From positions 248,001 to 312,000 of the forward strand of contig NIVC01000467.1 in NCBI GenBank assembly GCA_002269645.1: 64,000 nt of DNA, read 5' to 3'. Shown here piece by piece: positions 49,527 to 59,842 of the stretch; position 1 is the first letter of the stretch; each line of letters begins with the position of its first letter. Below the pieces are notes generated by a model, which searched no databases, was not told the origin of the DNA, and saw nothing but the letters and a program-made list of their open reading frames with translations. This DNA comes from Macrostomum lignano (Eukaryota). A program made the translations under genes and the position numbers.

Positions 49527-51440
49527 GTGGGGGCACAGGACTCAATGTCTGCCGTCGGGTCGCCCTCCTGTGCCCCCACGGGGGAGCTCCCCCTATGTGA
49601 CCCGAGTTCAACTGAGTTGTCGAGCGACCTTGTGTTTGCGGTTTGGCGGGAAGAGCTGGCTGGGACCGAGATGCCGGAGGACCGTGTCAGGTTCGTGCTC
49701 GATGGTGTGAAGAATGGCTTTCGAATTACTAATAAAGTGATGGATTGTAAGAACCACACTGAGATGGCAAATCACAGATCAGCTACCATTCACCAGCAAG
49801 CTGTTGAGGCCCAGGTGCGCCAGGAGCTCAAGCAGGACCGCTACAGGCGCTGCCAGGCAGGCAACCGGCCGCTCATCGTTAGTGCCCTTGGTGCGATCCC
49901 TAAGGCGGATTCGTCTTCCATCCGCCTTATTCACGACTGCAGCCTGCCAACTGGCGCCTCTGTGAATGATTTCTTTGAGTCGAAACGGAAGTTGCGTTTT
50001 ACTTCGGCCAGCAACTTTGCCTCGAAGCTGTACTGCGGCGCGTACATGTGCAAAGTGGATCTGTCGCAAGCATATCGTTCATGTGGTGTGCACCCTGATG
50101 ACCACCGGGTCACAGGCATGAAGATTCAGCTCCAAGGCGAGGGCCAGCCAGTGTACCTGTACGACACGCGGCTCCCGTTTGGTGCTTCGGCTTCCGTCTT
50201 CTGCTTTTACGAGCTGAGCCAAGCTGTGCGTTTTATGATGTTGAAGCATGGTTTCTACGCTATGGAGGCCTACATGGATGACTTCGCCTTTTGTGGAGAT
50301 CTGGAGTCCTGCTGGAAGTTCTACAACCATCTCATCGATCTGCTCGAGCGGCTAGGCTTCACCGTTAACCGTAGCAAGTGTGTTCCGCCGACAACGCGGA
50401 TGACCTTTCTGGGCATTTTATTTGATAGCGTGGCAGGCCAGATGTCTCTTCCTGCCGAAAAAGTCCAAGACTTATTGCATGTTTTATCCCTCTGCTCTTC
50501 GAAGAAAAGGCTGTCAAAGTCGTGTTTGCAGAAGTTGATCGGCAAGTTAAACTGGGCGTCGCAAGTTGTTCGGCACGGGAGAGTTTTCCTCCGACCTCTT
50601 ATCGACATTGTTAACAAGCTGCATCGGCCTCATGACAGGGTTCTTGTTAGTCCCTCCGTGGTGCACCACCTCTCCTGGTGGCGGTTGGCTTTGCAGCATC
50701 GCATCGGTGTTGGCCTGTGGACTTCGCCGAGGGCTTGTGTTGCCATAGAGACTGACTCGTCGTCTTCAGGCGCCGCGGCGGTGCTCCGTGACGGTGATGG
50801 GATTCGTGATTGGTGCTTTATTGACTGGCAGATCGACGCAAATGGTGTTTTTCAGAATTACTGCATCAATTACAAGGAGGCTGTGGTTATATTGCTGGCT
50901 GTTTTGAGATGGGGCCAATCCTTGGCTGGTTGTCGGCTTGCTGTGTACTGCGACAATGAGACGGCGTGTTGGATTCTAAGGCGAGGTGTCTCCAAGGACT
51001 CGCGTCTGATGTGGTTGCTGCAGTCTGTGGCGTTGCTCTGTCTGCGTTTTGACGTTGAATTTGAGGTCTTTCACGTTCCTGGTGCTTATCAGCTGTTTGC
51101 TGATGCAGGGTCCCGCCTGCACTCGCGTCATGAGTTGCTTAATTTTATTTTCCGTGTTTACGGGTCTGTACCAGTTTGCCCTGTGGAGTTTTCGGATCAC
51201 GCGTTTTCTGTTTTTGCCTCCCGTTTTTTATTTTCACAGGCCGCCTCCCTGCAACGCCGACCCTCGGCGCCGCCGCCTCCAGCCTCCTCGCCGCAGCATA
51301 CGCACCGCAGTCACGCAGGGCAATCTCATCGGCCGTCCGGTCCTGGCACAGCTTCTGCAACGAGAACGGGACCAACCCGGCTCGATCCGACCGGTCGGTG
51401 CTACTCAACTACCTGGCTCACCTGGTCGAATGCCGCCTGA
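49527..51440 (+). CDS. Ngaro reverse transcriptase + RNase H
   Basis: RLIHDCS, KVDLSQAY, RLPFGASAS, YMDD, TFLGILFDS; RNase H ETDSS, INYKE, YCDN, HVPG..ADAGSR. The start shown is the track's GTG; first ATG is 49545; frame is open from 49488. Confidence 0.95.
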   Translation: MGAQDSMSAVGSPSCAPTGELPLCDPSSTELSSDLVFAVWREELAGTEMPEDRVRFVLDGVKNGFRITNKVMDCKNHTEMANHRSATIHQQAVEAQVRQELKQDRYRRCQAGNRPLIVSALGAIPKADSSSIRLIHDCSLPTGASVNDFFESKRKLRFTSASNFASKLYCGAYMCKVDLSQAYRSCGVHPDDHRVTGMKIQLQGEGQPVYLYDTRLPFGASASVFCFYELSQAVRFMMLKHGFYAMEAYMDDFAFCGDLESCWKFYNHLIDLLERLGFTVNRSKCVPPTTRMTFLGILFDSVAGQMSLPAEKVQDLLHVLSLCSSKKRLSKSCLQKLIGKLNWASQVVRHGRVFLRPLIDIVNKLHRPHDRVLVSPSVVHHLSWWRLALQHRIGVGLWTSPRACVAIETDSSSSGAAAVLRDGDGIRDWCFIDWQIDANGVFQNYCINYKEAVVILLAVLRWGQSLAGCRLAVYCDNETACWILRRGVSKDSRLMWLLQSVALLCLRFDVEFEVFHVPGAYQLFADAGSRLHSRHELLNFIFRVYGSVPVCPVEFSDHAFSVFASRFLFSQAASLQRRPSAPPPPASSPQHTHRSHAGQSHRPSGPGTASATRTGPTRLDPTGRCYSTTWLTWSNAA

Positions 51441-52219
51441 GATCGTTCAACAGTCTGCGTGTCCATGTCAGTGCACTGTCCAGCTGGTTCAAAGCCTGTG
51501 GTGCTGAGGACCTAGCAAAACACCACCTGGTCTCACTGCTCGTTCGCGGCGCTAAACGGAGGATGGGCCAGCGACCAAGACGGAAGCTGCCGATCTCGCC
51601 TGCGATGCTGCTGTCTGTGAAAAACCGGCTTAACTCGAGCAGTTCGCTTGACAGAGTCTGCTGGCTTGTGACGCTTATTGCTTGGTGGGGGATGTTTCGG
51701 CGCTCCAGTCTCCTGCCCAGTCAGCAGTCCGCTTCACCGATTTCCGTCTCAGCCTTTCAACGCCACCCGAAGGGGGTTGTGCTCTCTGTCAGTTATGGCA
51801 AGACGAATCAGTTCGGCGCGAAGCTGCACCGGGTGTTGCTTCCAAGGCTAAAAGAAGGACATCCGCTTTGCCCAGTGGCTGCGCTAGAGGGTCACCTCCG
51901 TGTCAGCAAGCTTGGCTGCAGGCAGCCTGTGTTCTCCTACCAGTTGGCGAGCGGATCCTCTGTTGTCCTGTCTGCCTCAAGATTCGACAGGTTCCTCAAG
52001 CGCTGCCTAGCAACTGCTGAGCAGGACGCTCGTTCTTTCTCAGCGCACAGCCTGCGCAGAGGTGGTGCCACCTGGGCCTACCGTCTCGGACTATCTGTTC
52101 AGGAGGTGAAGTGCATCGGTGACTGGCGAAGTGATGCTGTGACTGCCTACCTTCCATCTGCTGATTCTGTGCGGGCTGGTTCGCGTTTTGCTGGTGCTTT
52201 TAACGAGAGTTGCCTTTGA
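51176..52219 (+). CDS. Ngaro tyrosine recombinase
   Basis: N-terminal AYAPQSRRAI..W.SFC; catalytic R (MFRRSSLL), K (GKTNQ), HSLRRGGA, GDWRS, Y (AVTAY). The track start is a TTG. Confidence 0.95.
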   Translation: MPCGVFGSRVFCFCLPFFIFTGRLPATPTLGAAASSLLAAAYAPQSRRAISSAVRSWHSFCNENGTNPARSDRSVLLNYLAHLVECRLRSFNSLRVHVSALSSWFKACGAEDLAKHHLVSLLVRGAKRRMGQRPRRKLPISPAMLLSVKNRLNSSSSLDRVCWLVTLIAWWGMFRRSSLLPSQQSASPISVSAFQRHPKGVVLSVSYGKTNQFGAKLHRVLLPRLKEGHPLCPVAALEGHLRVSKLGCRQPVFSYQLASGSSVVLSASRFDRFLKRCLATAEQDARSFSAHSLRRGGATWAYRLGLSVQEVKCIGDWRSDAVTAYLPSADSVRAGSRFAGAFNESCL

Positions 52220-53619
52220 GTAACTTTTGCTTGTGTTCAAAGTTTTATTTCCGTTCTTATCCCCAGCCTTATTTCCGCCGTTTCGTAAATTCTCTCCTTC
52301 GTTCATTCATTTGTTTGTTTGGCCTTGGGGTTGCATCCTCTGGCTTTTCGCTGCCTCGCCATCGCCACACTCGGTTTGTCTTGTCTTTGCCTCCCCTTCA
52401 CTAATGCATCGGTTTGCGCGAGCCCGCGAGGGCTAACCGCTGTTAGTGCAAGGGGGGGCTGTTTGGGTGCTGGCTGTCTGGTGGGGTGGTGGGTGCGTTG
52501 GTGCGTGCGCGTGCCTATTTAGGCCGCCACCTTTGTGGCTGCGCGGGGTTGCTCGCGGTTGAATTTTTTTTTCCTCGCTAATTATAATTTTTAATCAGTT
52601 TAATTCGTTTTAACAAGTCATGAAATAAATACGATCGTCTGAGGGTTGCATCCTCTGGCTTTTCGCTGCCTCGCCATCGCCACACTCGGTTTGTCTTGTC
52701 TTTGCCTCCCCTTCACTAATAATAGTAGTGTATCTGTTATGTCATTTATTGGCTTTAAAGACATTAGTAGCACGGTTTTTTATGCTACTTTATTAATATT
52801 GTTATTATTATCATTAATTTTTTTATGATCAATATTTCACACACCGTTTTGACTGAGGATCAAGAGTCTCTCTCGCATTGTCTGTTGTTGTTGTCGAGTT
52901 CAAATCAACTTATCAAACGATTTATATAATTACTATTATATGGTATTGCATATATGCTTGATTTTTGTTCATTACTGACTTTCACTGTTAAAGTAATATT
53001 TGTATTAGTAATTTTTATTTACTAATAAATTCACGAACAATTGATTTAATATCCTTTGTCAAAAATGAGTGGTGACAAATCAGATTTTGATTTAATTTGT
53101 TTATTTAAAGTACATATATTCTAATTTTTTACTATTTTAAAACTTTCAGCAAAAACATTAAGATAAACTAATAACTTTATCAGCAAGAATCAATATGCCT
53201 TTGGTAAGGTAAGTATTAGTCATATACTTATTTATAACTGTAATTTATGAGCCAACGCAAACTGTATCGCAGCAGTACTTGTCAGTGTCAAACGTTGCTA
53301 TTGGCTACTCGAACTTCGGCCAATAGCGCTCGTTCCTTTAGTTAGATTTGGCCAGCAAAATATCAGCTATTCTCCTCCCCCACGCGATTCCCTATTAAAC
53401 CAGTTTTTGCGGTCAGTGAATCCTTCAAACGGTTATTAAGCGTTGCTCATTAAGCTATCTGAGTCTGTGTACTTTTGCTAATCTAGAGATTATTCTGACA
53501 GAGCGCCGCCCCAGCGTCTCTGCGTCTGACTAATTAAACTCTTGCTGTGCTGTTGGCATTTTTACCATCGAGTGTTCTCTTTTGGCCTGCCGGTCAATTG
53601 GTAAGAAATGCTTTGGGGT

Positions 53620-53633
53620 ACTGTCTGTCTGTC

Positions 53634-53670
<37 letters not shown>

Positions 53671-53679
53671 GTCTGTCTG

Positions 53680-53710
<31 letters not shown>

Positions 53711-53771
53711 GTGTCTGTGTGTCTGTCTGTCTGTCTGTCTGTCTGACTGTCTGTCTGACTGTCTGTCTGTA

Positions 53772-53806
<35 letters not shown>

Positions 53807-53835
53807 GTCTGTCTGTCTGTCTCTGTCTGTCTGCT
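53620..53835. repeat. (TCTG)n microsatellite
   Basis: Direct reading. Confidence 0.95.
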
Positions 53836-54744
53836 CCTCTTTATCTGCCTGTCGTCCCTCATTTCTTAAGTAACGTTTTTTAGGAACTCTGTTTACACGA
53901 AAAGCTACCCTGGTTTTTTTATAACTTGGCTACATGTATTTGCAGGTTGTCTAGATTTTTTTATTTTCCAGCACGTTGCAGTTAATAAAATAACGGTTAC
54001 TGACAACAAGCTCTTTATTCTGAAGAACTTGTGCACTTATGTCACTGCACTTTTGACACTGCAAATAATCAAGTATAATAATTTTAAGCTTAGCTACTTA
54101 ATTTCTTTAAACGTTTTAATTTGCTTAGGTATAAAGTAGGTTTTGTACTTTATACTCAGTTGGAAGCTAGTAGCCGCACAGTTGAGTTAATGGTTGTAAA
54201 TCCCAGATGGCTTACACAACTTGCTGTAGGCTTTGCTATGAATGTGTTGGTCCTGCTCACTGTGCTGGGCCATTTGGTTAGTTACGTCGTAGATATTCAT
54301 TGTTGTTTTCTTCATCATTTCGCTCATTCAAGCAAACACGATAGGATTCTGTTTGGGTTTTCTGGTTTTCATCTCATCTTATGCTTGAGAAGTGTTGACT
54401 TTATAATCGTATATTCGTATTGGAGTGGCACAGTACGTGCGCTGTTGAAATTCTGTATGAAGTGAATTTGTCAACGGTACGGCAAGGGAATTCTCGTTAT
54501 GCAGGTCCCGCTTCAGCAGCATCGGCCTTATTGCTTTTAGGCATTAACAGCTTTTTTCTGGCTTCTCTCTCTCATCGCTCATCCCCTGCGTCACTCTAAT
54601 TCCGTTGCTCTCTCTCCCCATCCCACCCCCACTTGCTCTGACATGCTCGCTCAAAAATGATCGCCTGTTTTTTTTCGTAATAGTACAGCGAGTAATTTTT
54701 CTTCACTTTTTATCTATACGTCACTTTGCACCTCTCTACTTTCC

Positions 54745-55040
54745 CTCTGCTTTCCCTCTCTCCGCCCGCCTTTCCCTCTCCCCCTTCCCGCCTCCTCTCT
54801 CCCCCTTCCCGCCTTCCCTCCCCCATTCCTGTCTTCCCCTCCCCCTTTCCCGCCTTCCTTTCTCCCCTTCCCGCCTTCCCCTCCCCATTCCCGCCTTCCC
54901 TCCCCATTCCCGCCTTCCCCTCCCCCATTCCCGCCTTCCCCTTATCTTCCCGCCCTCCCCCCTTCCCGCCTTCCCCCTCTTCTTCTCTTCTCCATCGCCC
55001 TCTCTACTCTCCTGCTCTCCGCTCTCTCTCCACTCTTCCC
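54745..55040. repeat. C/T-rich low-complexity tract
   Basis: CCGCCTTCCC/CCCATTC repeats. Confidence 0.85.
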
Positions 55041-55163
55041 CCTTTGTTTTGTCTCTCTCATATCTTTAAAATTTCACTGTTGAATAATCATCTGCACGAG
55101 AGCCTATTAAAAAACCCTCAATTTTAGGTTATTGTTAAGCAGTGCCAAGGATCGGATACGGCC

Positions 55164-57663
55164 ATGCTGCCATTTCCAATTTATTATCGATCGGTGAACT
55201 GCACTACAAATGGTATTGAACAATTATCAATAGTAGAGTTTAACGGATTCGATTTGTCTACATTGGACGATTTTATGAATGGAACAACAACTGGTTGGCC
55301 GGACTGTCCCATATTGCGTAATCAGGCTTACACTTTTCTAGTGTTCAGCGCGGCTATCCTATGCCTGTCTGTTGCATCTTTATTTGTTGAGAAGAACCGT
55401 AAAACCGAACCAGCAGTTGCTAGCATGATATCGTCAATGCTGGCTACGGAAACTGTTATTGCAATCTGTCTAATAGTCGATAGTTTATTGTTCCTCTGTC
55501 TAGGCTTGTGTCGCAGGTTTCCTGTGGTTAAATTGGCGCCGATGTTATCATTGACTATTGGCATTAATCAGTGGTTAGCTTCTGTCTGCCTGTTCTATAG
55601 GAACTGGTTGGTGGCTTTAATTTCGTTGACAAGGTATCGACTGTTTAGTAGGCATAGCGGCGGCGGCGGCGGCGGCGGCAGATGTCGCGGCAGTGTGCTG
55701 TCGCATCGAGCTCGCGCTGAACGATCAAGTCTGAGACAATTCCGCTTAGCTAGCTGCTTGTTGCTGGGCAATGCTGGCCTGTTTTGTACTTTTCTATCCT
55801 TGAAGACTGTTGGAGAGCTGTGCGATAGTCAGTCTTGGTTGAGTGCGCCGGTTACTGTTGATCGGTTCTTGTTGGCTGTTAATAATGCCAGCCTGTTCTT
55901 GGCTGTCAATACTGGAGTGGTGTTTCCGCTACAGGTGAGACTGCTGTTACTGCTTAACCTGTTGATTCTGTGGATACTGGATCTTGCTGGACCAATATCC
56001 TCAGTTGCTAGGCCAATATCTTCAGCTGCTGGGCCAATATCCTCAGTTGCTGGGTCAATATCCTCAGTTGCTAGGTCAATATCCTTAGTTGCTAGGTTAA
56101 TATCCTCAGTTGCTAGGTCAATATCCTCAGTTGCTAGGCCAATATCCTTAGTTGCTAGGTTAATATCCTCAGTTGCTAGGTCAATATCCTCAGTTGCTAG
56201 GCCAGCCTCCCAGATCCTCAGTTGCTGGGCCAGCCTCCCAGATCCTCGGTTGCTGGGCCAGCCTCCCAGATCCTCGGTTGCTGGGCCAGTTCGCCTCCCA
56301 GATCTTCAGTTCCTGCTTGTATACCGGTATGTGAATCCCAATCGTACATTTTAATTAGAATTCGTCCTTTGTGACGTAAGCAGACACAGTATTCCTCAAA
56401 GTCGAATACGATACTAATCTTGTCTCAGGAAATTAAGGTTCCCATTGCTTTCCGCTTGGGTTTTAACATTAAATCATCATCCTTTGAGTTTTCAATTCAT
56501 TTTATAGATAGCCAATTAAAATTTACTAAATCATTTGCAGAATTCTATTGTGGGTGCTATTTTAAATGGAAATGGATTTCATTGATATAACAAAAAACAA
56601 TAAATTAAATTAATTGAACGGAAAAAAGAAATATTGAAAAGGATTCACTAGAGATTTTAATTCCATTTTTGTAAAAAAAACTGTTAGGATCAAAGTTTCT
56701 TTTTATAGTCTGTAGAATATCCATTTTGTTGATTGACTTTGTCTTCAAAAGGTTTGCTTTACTCTGTCGCTGACAAACATGCCTCTGGAAAAAGAAATGT
56801 CGCTAAATGTCTCGCTAGGTGTGTCGCTAAATGTGTCGCTAGGTGTGTCGCTAGGTGTGTCGCTAAATGTGTCGCTAGGTGTGTCGCTAGGTGTGTCGCT
56901 AAATGTGTCGCTAGGTGTGTCGCTAGGTGTGTCGCTAAATGTGTCGCTAGGTGTGTCGCTAAATGTGTCGCTAGGTGTGTCGCTAGGTGTGTCGCTAGGT
57001 GTGTCGCTAAATGTGTCGCTAGGTGTTTCGCTAAATGTGTCGCTAGGTATGTCGCTAGGTGTGTCGCTAGGTGTGTCGCTAGGTGTGTCGCTAGGTGTGT
57101 CGATGACTGTGTCGCTAGGTGTGTCGATGACTGTGTCGCTAAACGTGTCTCTAAAACTGTGCCTGAATATATTTATCAAAAGTATTAAATAGTGCTTCAA
57201 TTTACCCTAAATCTCGCAGGTTGTCCTGCCCCTCGTCATCGGCCTGGTTTCCTCAGGCGCCGTGTTAATCACCTTGTGGCGACACATGAACGGCGGTAGC
57301 TCTGGCGCCTCGCAACAATCGATTCGCAACAACAGAAAGCGATTTCGGAGACCATTCATAGCTTTTATGGCCATGAATATAGCACTGTTAGTGCTGTACC
57401 TGCCGACTGTAGTCATTAGAATATTAGTGCTGATGAACTACTCAATGAATGGTCTATTCTGGCTCAGCAACATACTGTGCTGCACCAACTCTTTAACTAA
57501 TGTGTTTGTGTACTTTTATCTCTGCAAAACCTGCGAACAGCAGCGGCAGCAGCAACAACAGCAACATCAGCAACAGGTTCAGTTGCTTTCAACTGTGCCA
57601 GACGGGCATAGAGACAGACAGTCTGAGGCTTCGGGTCTGTTTATCTCCACTGAAATTCAATGA
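55164..57663 (+). CDS. Orphan class A (rhodopsin-type) 7TM GPCR
   Basis: Exons 55164-55934 and 57220-57663 (phase 0, splitting TM5: VFPLQ|VVLPLV). Seven hydrophobic segments, TM3 RNWLVALISLTRY, TM6 LLVLYLP, TM7 NSLTNVFVY; N-terminal NCT/NGT sequons. Confidence 0.85.
55990..56300. repeat. 21-bp intronic minisatellite
   Basis: CCAATATCCTCAGTTGCTAGG units. Confidence 0.9.
56795..57150. repeat. 12-bp intronic minisatellite
   Basis: GTGTCGCTAGGT/GTGTCGCTAAAT. Confidence 0.95.
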
Positions 57664-57689
57664 GAGTTTTGTTTTAAAACATTGGAACT

Positions 57690-59660
57690 GTGTGATGTGT
57701 CTGAATGTGTCTGTCCTCTATCCTTATGATGTGTCCGAATGTGTCTGTCCTCTATCCTTATGATGTGTCCGAATGTGTCTGTCCTCTATCCTTATGATGT
57801 GTCTGAATGTGTCTGTCCTCTATCCTTATGATGTGTCCGAATGTGTCTGTCCTCTATCCTTATGATGTGTCCGAATGTGTCTGTCCTCTATCCTTATGAT
57901 GTGTCTGAATTTGTCTGTCCTCTATCCTTATGATGTGTCCGAATGTGTCTGTCCTCTATCCTTATGATGTGTCCGAATGTGTCTGTCCTCTATCCTTATG
58001 ATGTGTCTGAATTTGTCTGTCCTCTATCCTTATGATGTGTCCGAATGTGTCTGTTCTCTATCCTTATGATGTGTCCGAATGTGTCTGTCCTCTATCCTTA
58101 TGATGTGTCTGAATGTGTCTGTCCTCTATCCTTATGATGTGTCTGAATGTGTCTGTCCTCTATCCTTATGATGTGTCCGAATGTGTCTGTCCTCTATCCT
58201 TATGATGTGTCCGAATGTGTCTGTCCTCTATCCTTATGATGTGCCCGAATGTGTCTGTCCTCTATCCTTATGATGTGTCTGAACGTGTCTGTCCTCTATC
58301 CTTATGATGTGTCCGAATGTGTCTGTCCTCTATCCTTATGATGTGTCCGAATGTGTCTGTTCTCTATCCTTATGATGTGTCCGAATGTGTCTGTCCTCTA
58401 TCCTTATGATGTGCCCGAATGTGTCTGTCCTCTATCCTTATGATGTGTCTGAACGTGTCTGTCCTCTATCCTTATGATGTGTCCGAATGTGTCTGTCCTC
58501 TATCCTTATGATGTGTCCGAATGTGTCTGTCCTCTATCCTTATGATGTGTCTGAACGTGTCTGTCCTCTATCCTTATGATGTGTCCGAATGTGTCTGTCC
58601 TCTATCCTTATGATGTGTCCGAATGTGTCTGTCCTCTATCCTTATGATGTGTCCGAATGTGTCTGTCCTCTATCCTTATGATGTGTCCGAATGTGTCTGT
58701 CCTCTATCCTTATGATGTGTCCGAATGTGTCTGTCCTCTATCCTTATGATGTGTCCGAATGTGTCTGTCCTCTATCCTTATGATGTGTCCGAATGTGTCT
58801 GTCCTCTATCCTTATGATGTGTCTGAATGTGTCTGTCCTCTATCCTTATGATGTGTCCGAATGTGTCTGTCCTCTATCCTTATGATGTGTCCGAATGTGT
58901 CTGTCCTCTATTCTTATGATGTGTCTGAATGTGTCTGTCCTCTATCCTTATGATGTGTCCGAATGTGTCTGTCCTCTATCCTTATGATGTGTCTGAATGT
59001 GTCTGTCCTCTATCCTTATGATGTGTCCGAATGTGTCTGTCCTCTATCCTTATGATGTATCTGAATGTGTCTGTCCTCTATCCCTATGATGTGTCTGAAT
59101 GTGTCTATCCTCTATCCTTATGATGTGTCTGTGATCTACATGTATCCTTGTCATGTATCTGGATGTGTTTGTCCGCTATCTTTATGATGTGTCTTGATGT
59201 AGTTTGTCTCAGTCCTCGATGCTTTGTTTATCTCAGTTGTGGTTGTCCTCTATCCCCAATCTGTCTCAATATGTCTGTCCTCTATCCCTAATCTGTCTCA
59301 ATATGTCTGTCCTCTATCCCTAATCTGTCGCAATGTGTGTCCTCTACCCAAATCTGTCTCAATATGTCTGTCCTCTATCTCGAGTCTGTCTCAATATGTC
59401 TGTCCTCTATCCCTAATCTGTCTCAATATGTCTGTCCTCTATCCCTAATCTGTCTCAATATGTCTGTCCTCTATCCCTAATCTGTCTCAATATGTCTGTC
59501 CTCTATCCCTAATCTGTCTCAATATGTCTGTCCTCTATCCCTAATCTGTCTCAATATGTCTGTCCTCTATCCCTAATCTGTCTCAATATGTCTGTCCTCT
59601 ATCCCTAATCTGTCTCAATATGTCTGTCCTCTATCCCTAATCTGTCTCAATATGTCTGTC
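57690..59660. repeat. 34-bp minisatellite followed by a related 32-bp array
   Basis: TGATGTGTCCGAATGTGTCTGTCCTCTATCCTTA, then AATCTGTCTCAATATGTCTGTCCTCTATCCCT from about 59240. Confidence 0.95.
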
Positions 59661-59842
59661 TATTTTATCCCGTTAAATCTGGTATTTGTCCTTGAGCTTT
59701 TAAATTTTAACAAACTTTTTTCTGCTTTTTTATGTTAATAATTGTGCACGCAGATCTGCTTTGTCTTTGCTTAAAGTGTCATATTTTATGTGTGCTTTTT
59801 GAAGCAGTCTTGTTCAGATTGATGGATAACTGTTAAGTAATA

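Larger units (their letters stand above)
48253..52720 (+). mobile_element. Full-length Ngaro-type (DIRS order) tyrosine-recombinase retrotransposon with split direct repeats
   Basis: A1 48253-48418 = A2 52405-52570 (166 bp); B1 52328-52405 = B2 52643-52720 (78 bp); order A1-gag-RT/RNaseH-YR-B1-A2-B2; no methyltransferase; ends in TAAT-AAT. Confidence 0.95.
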
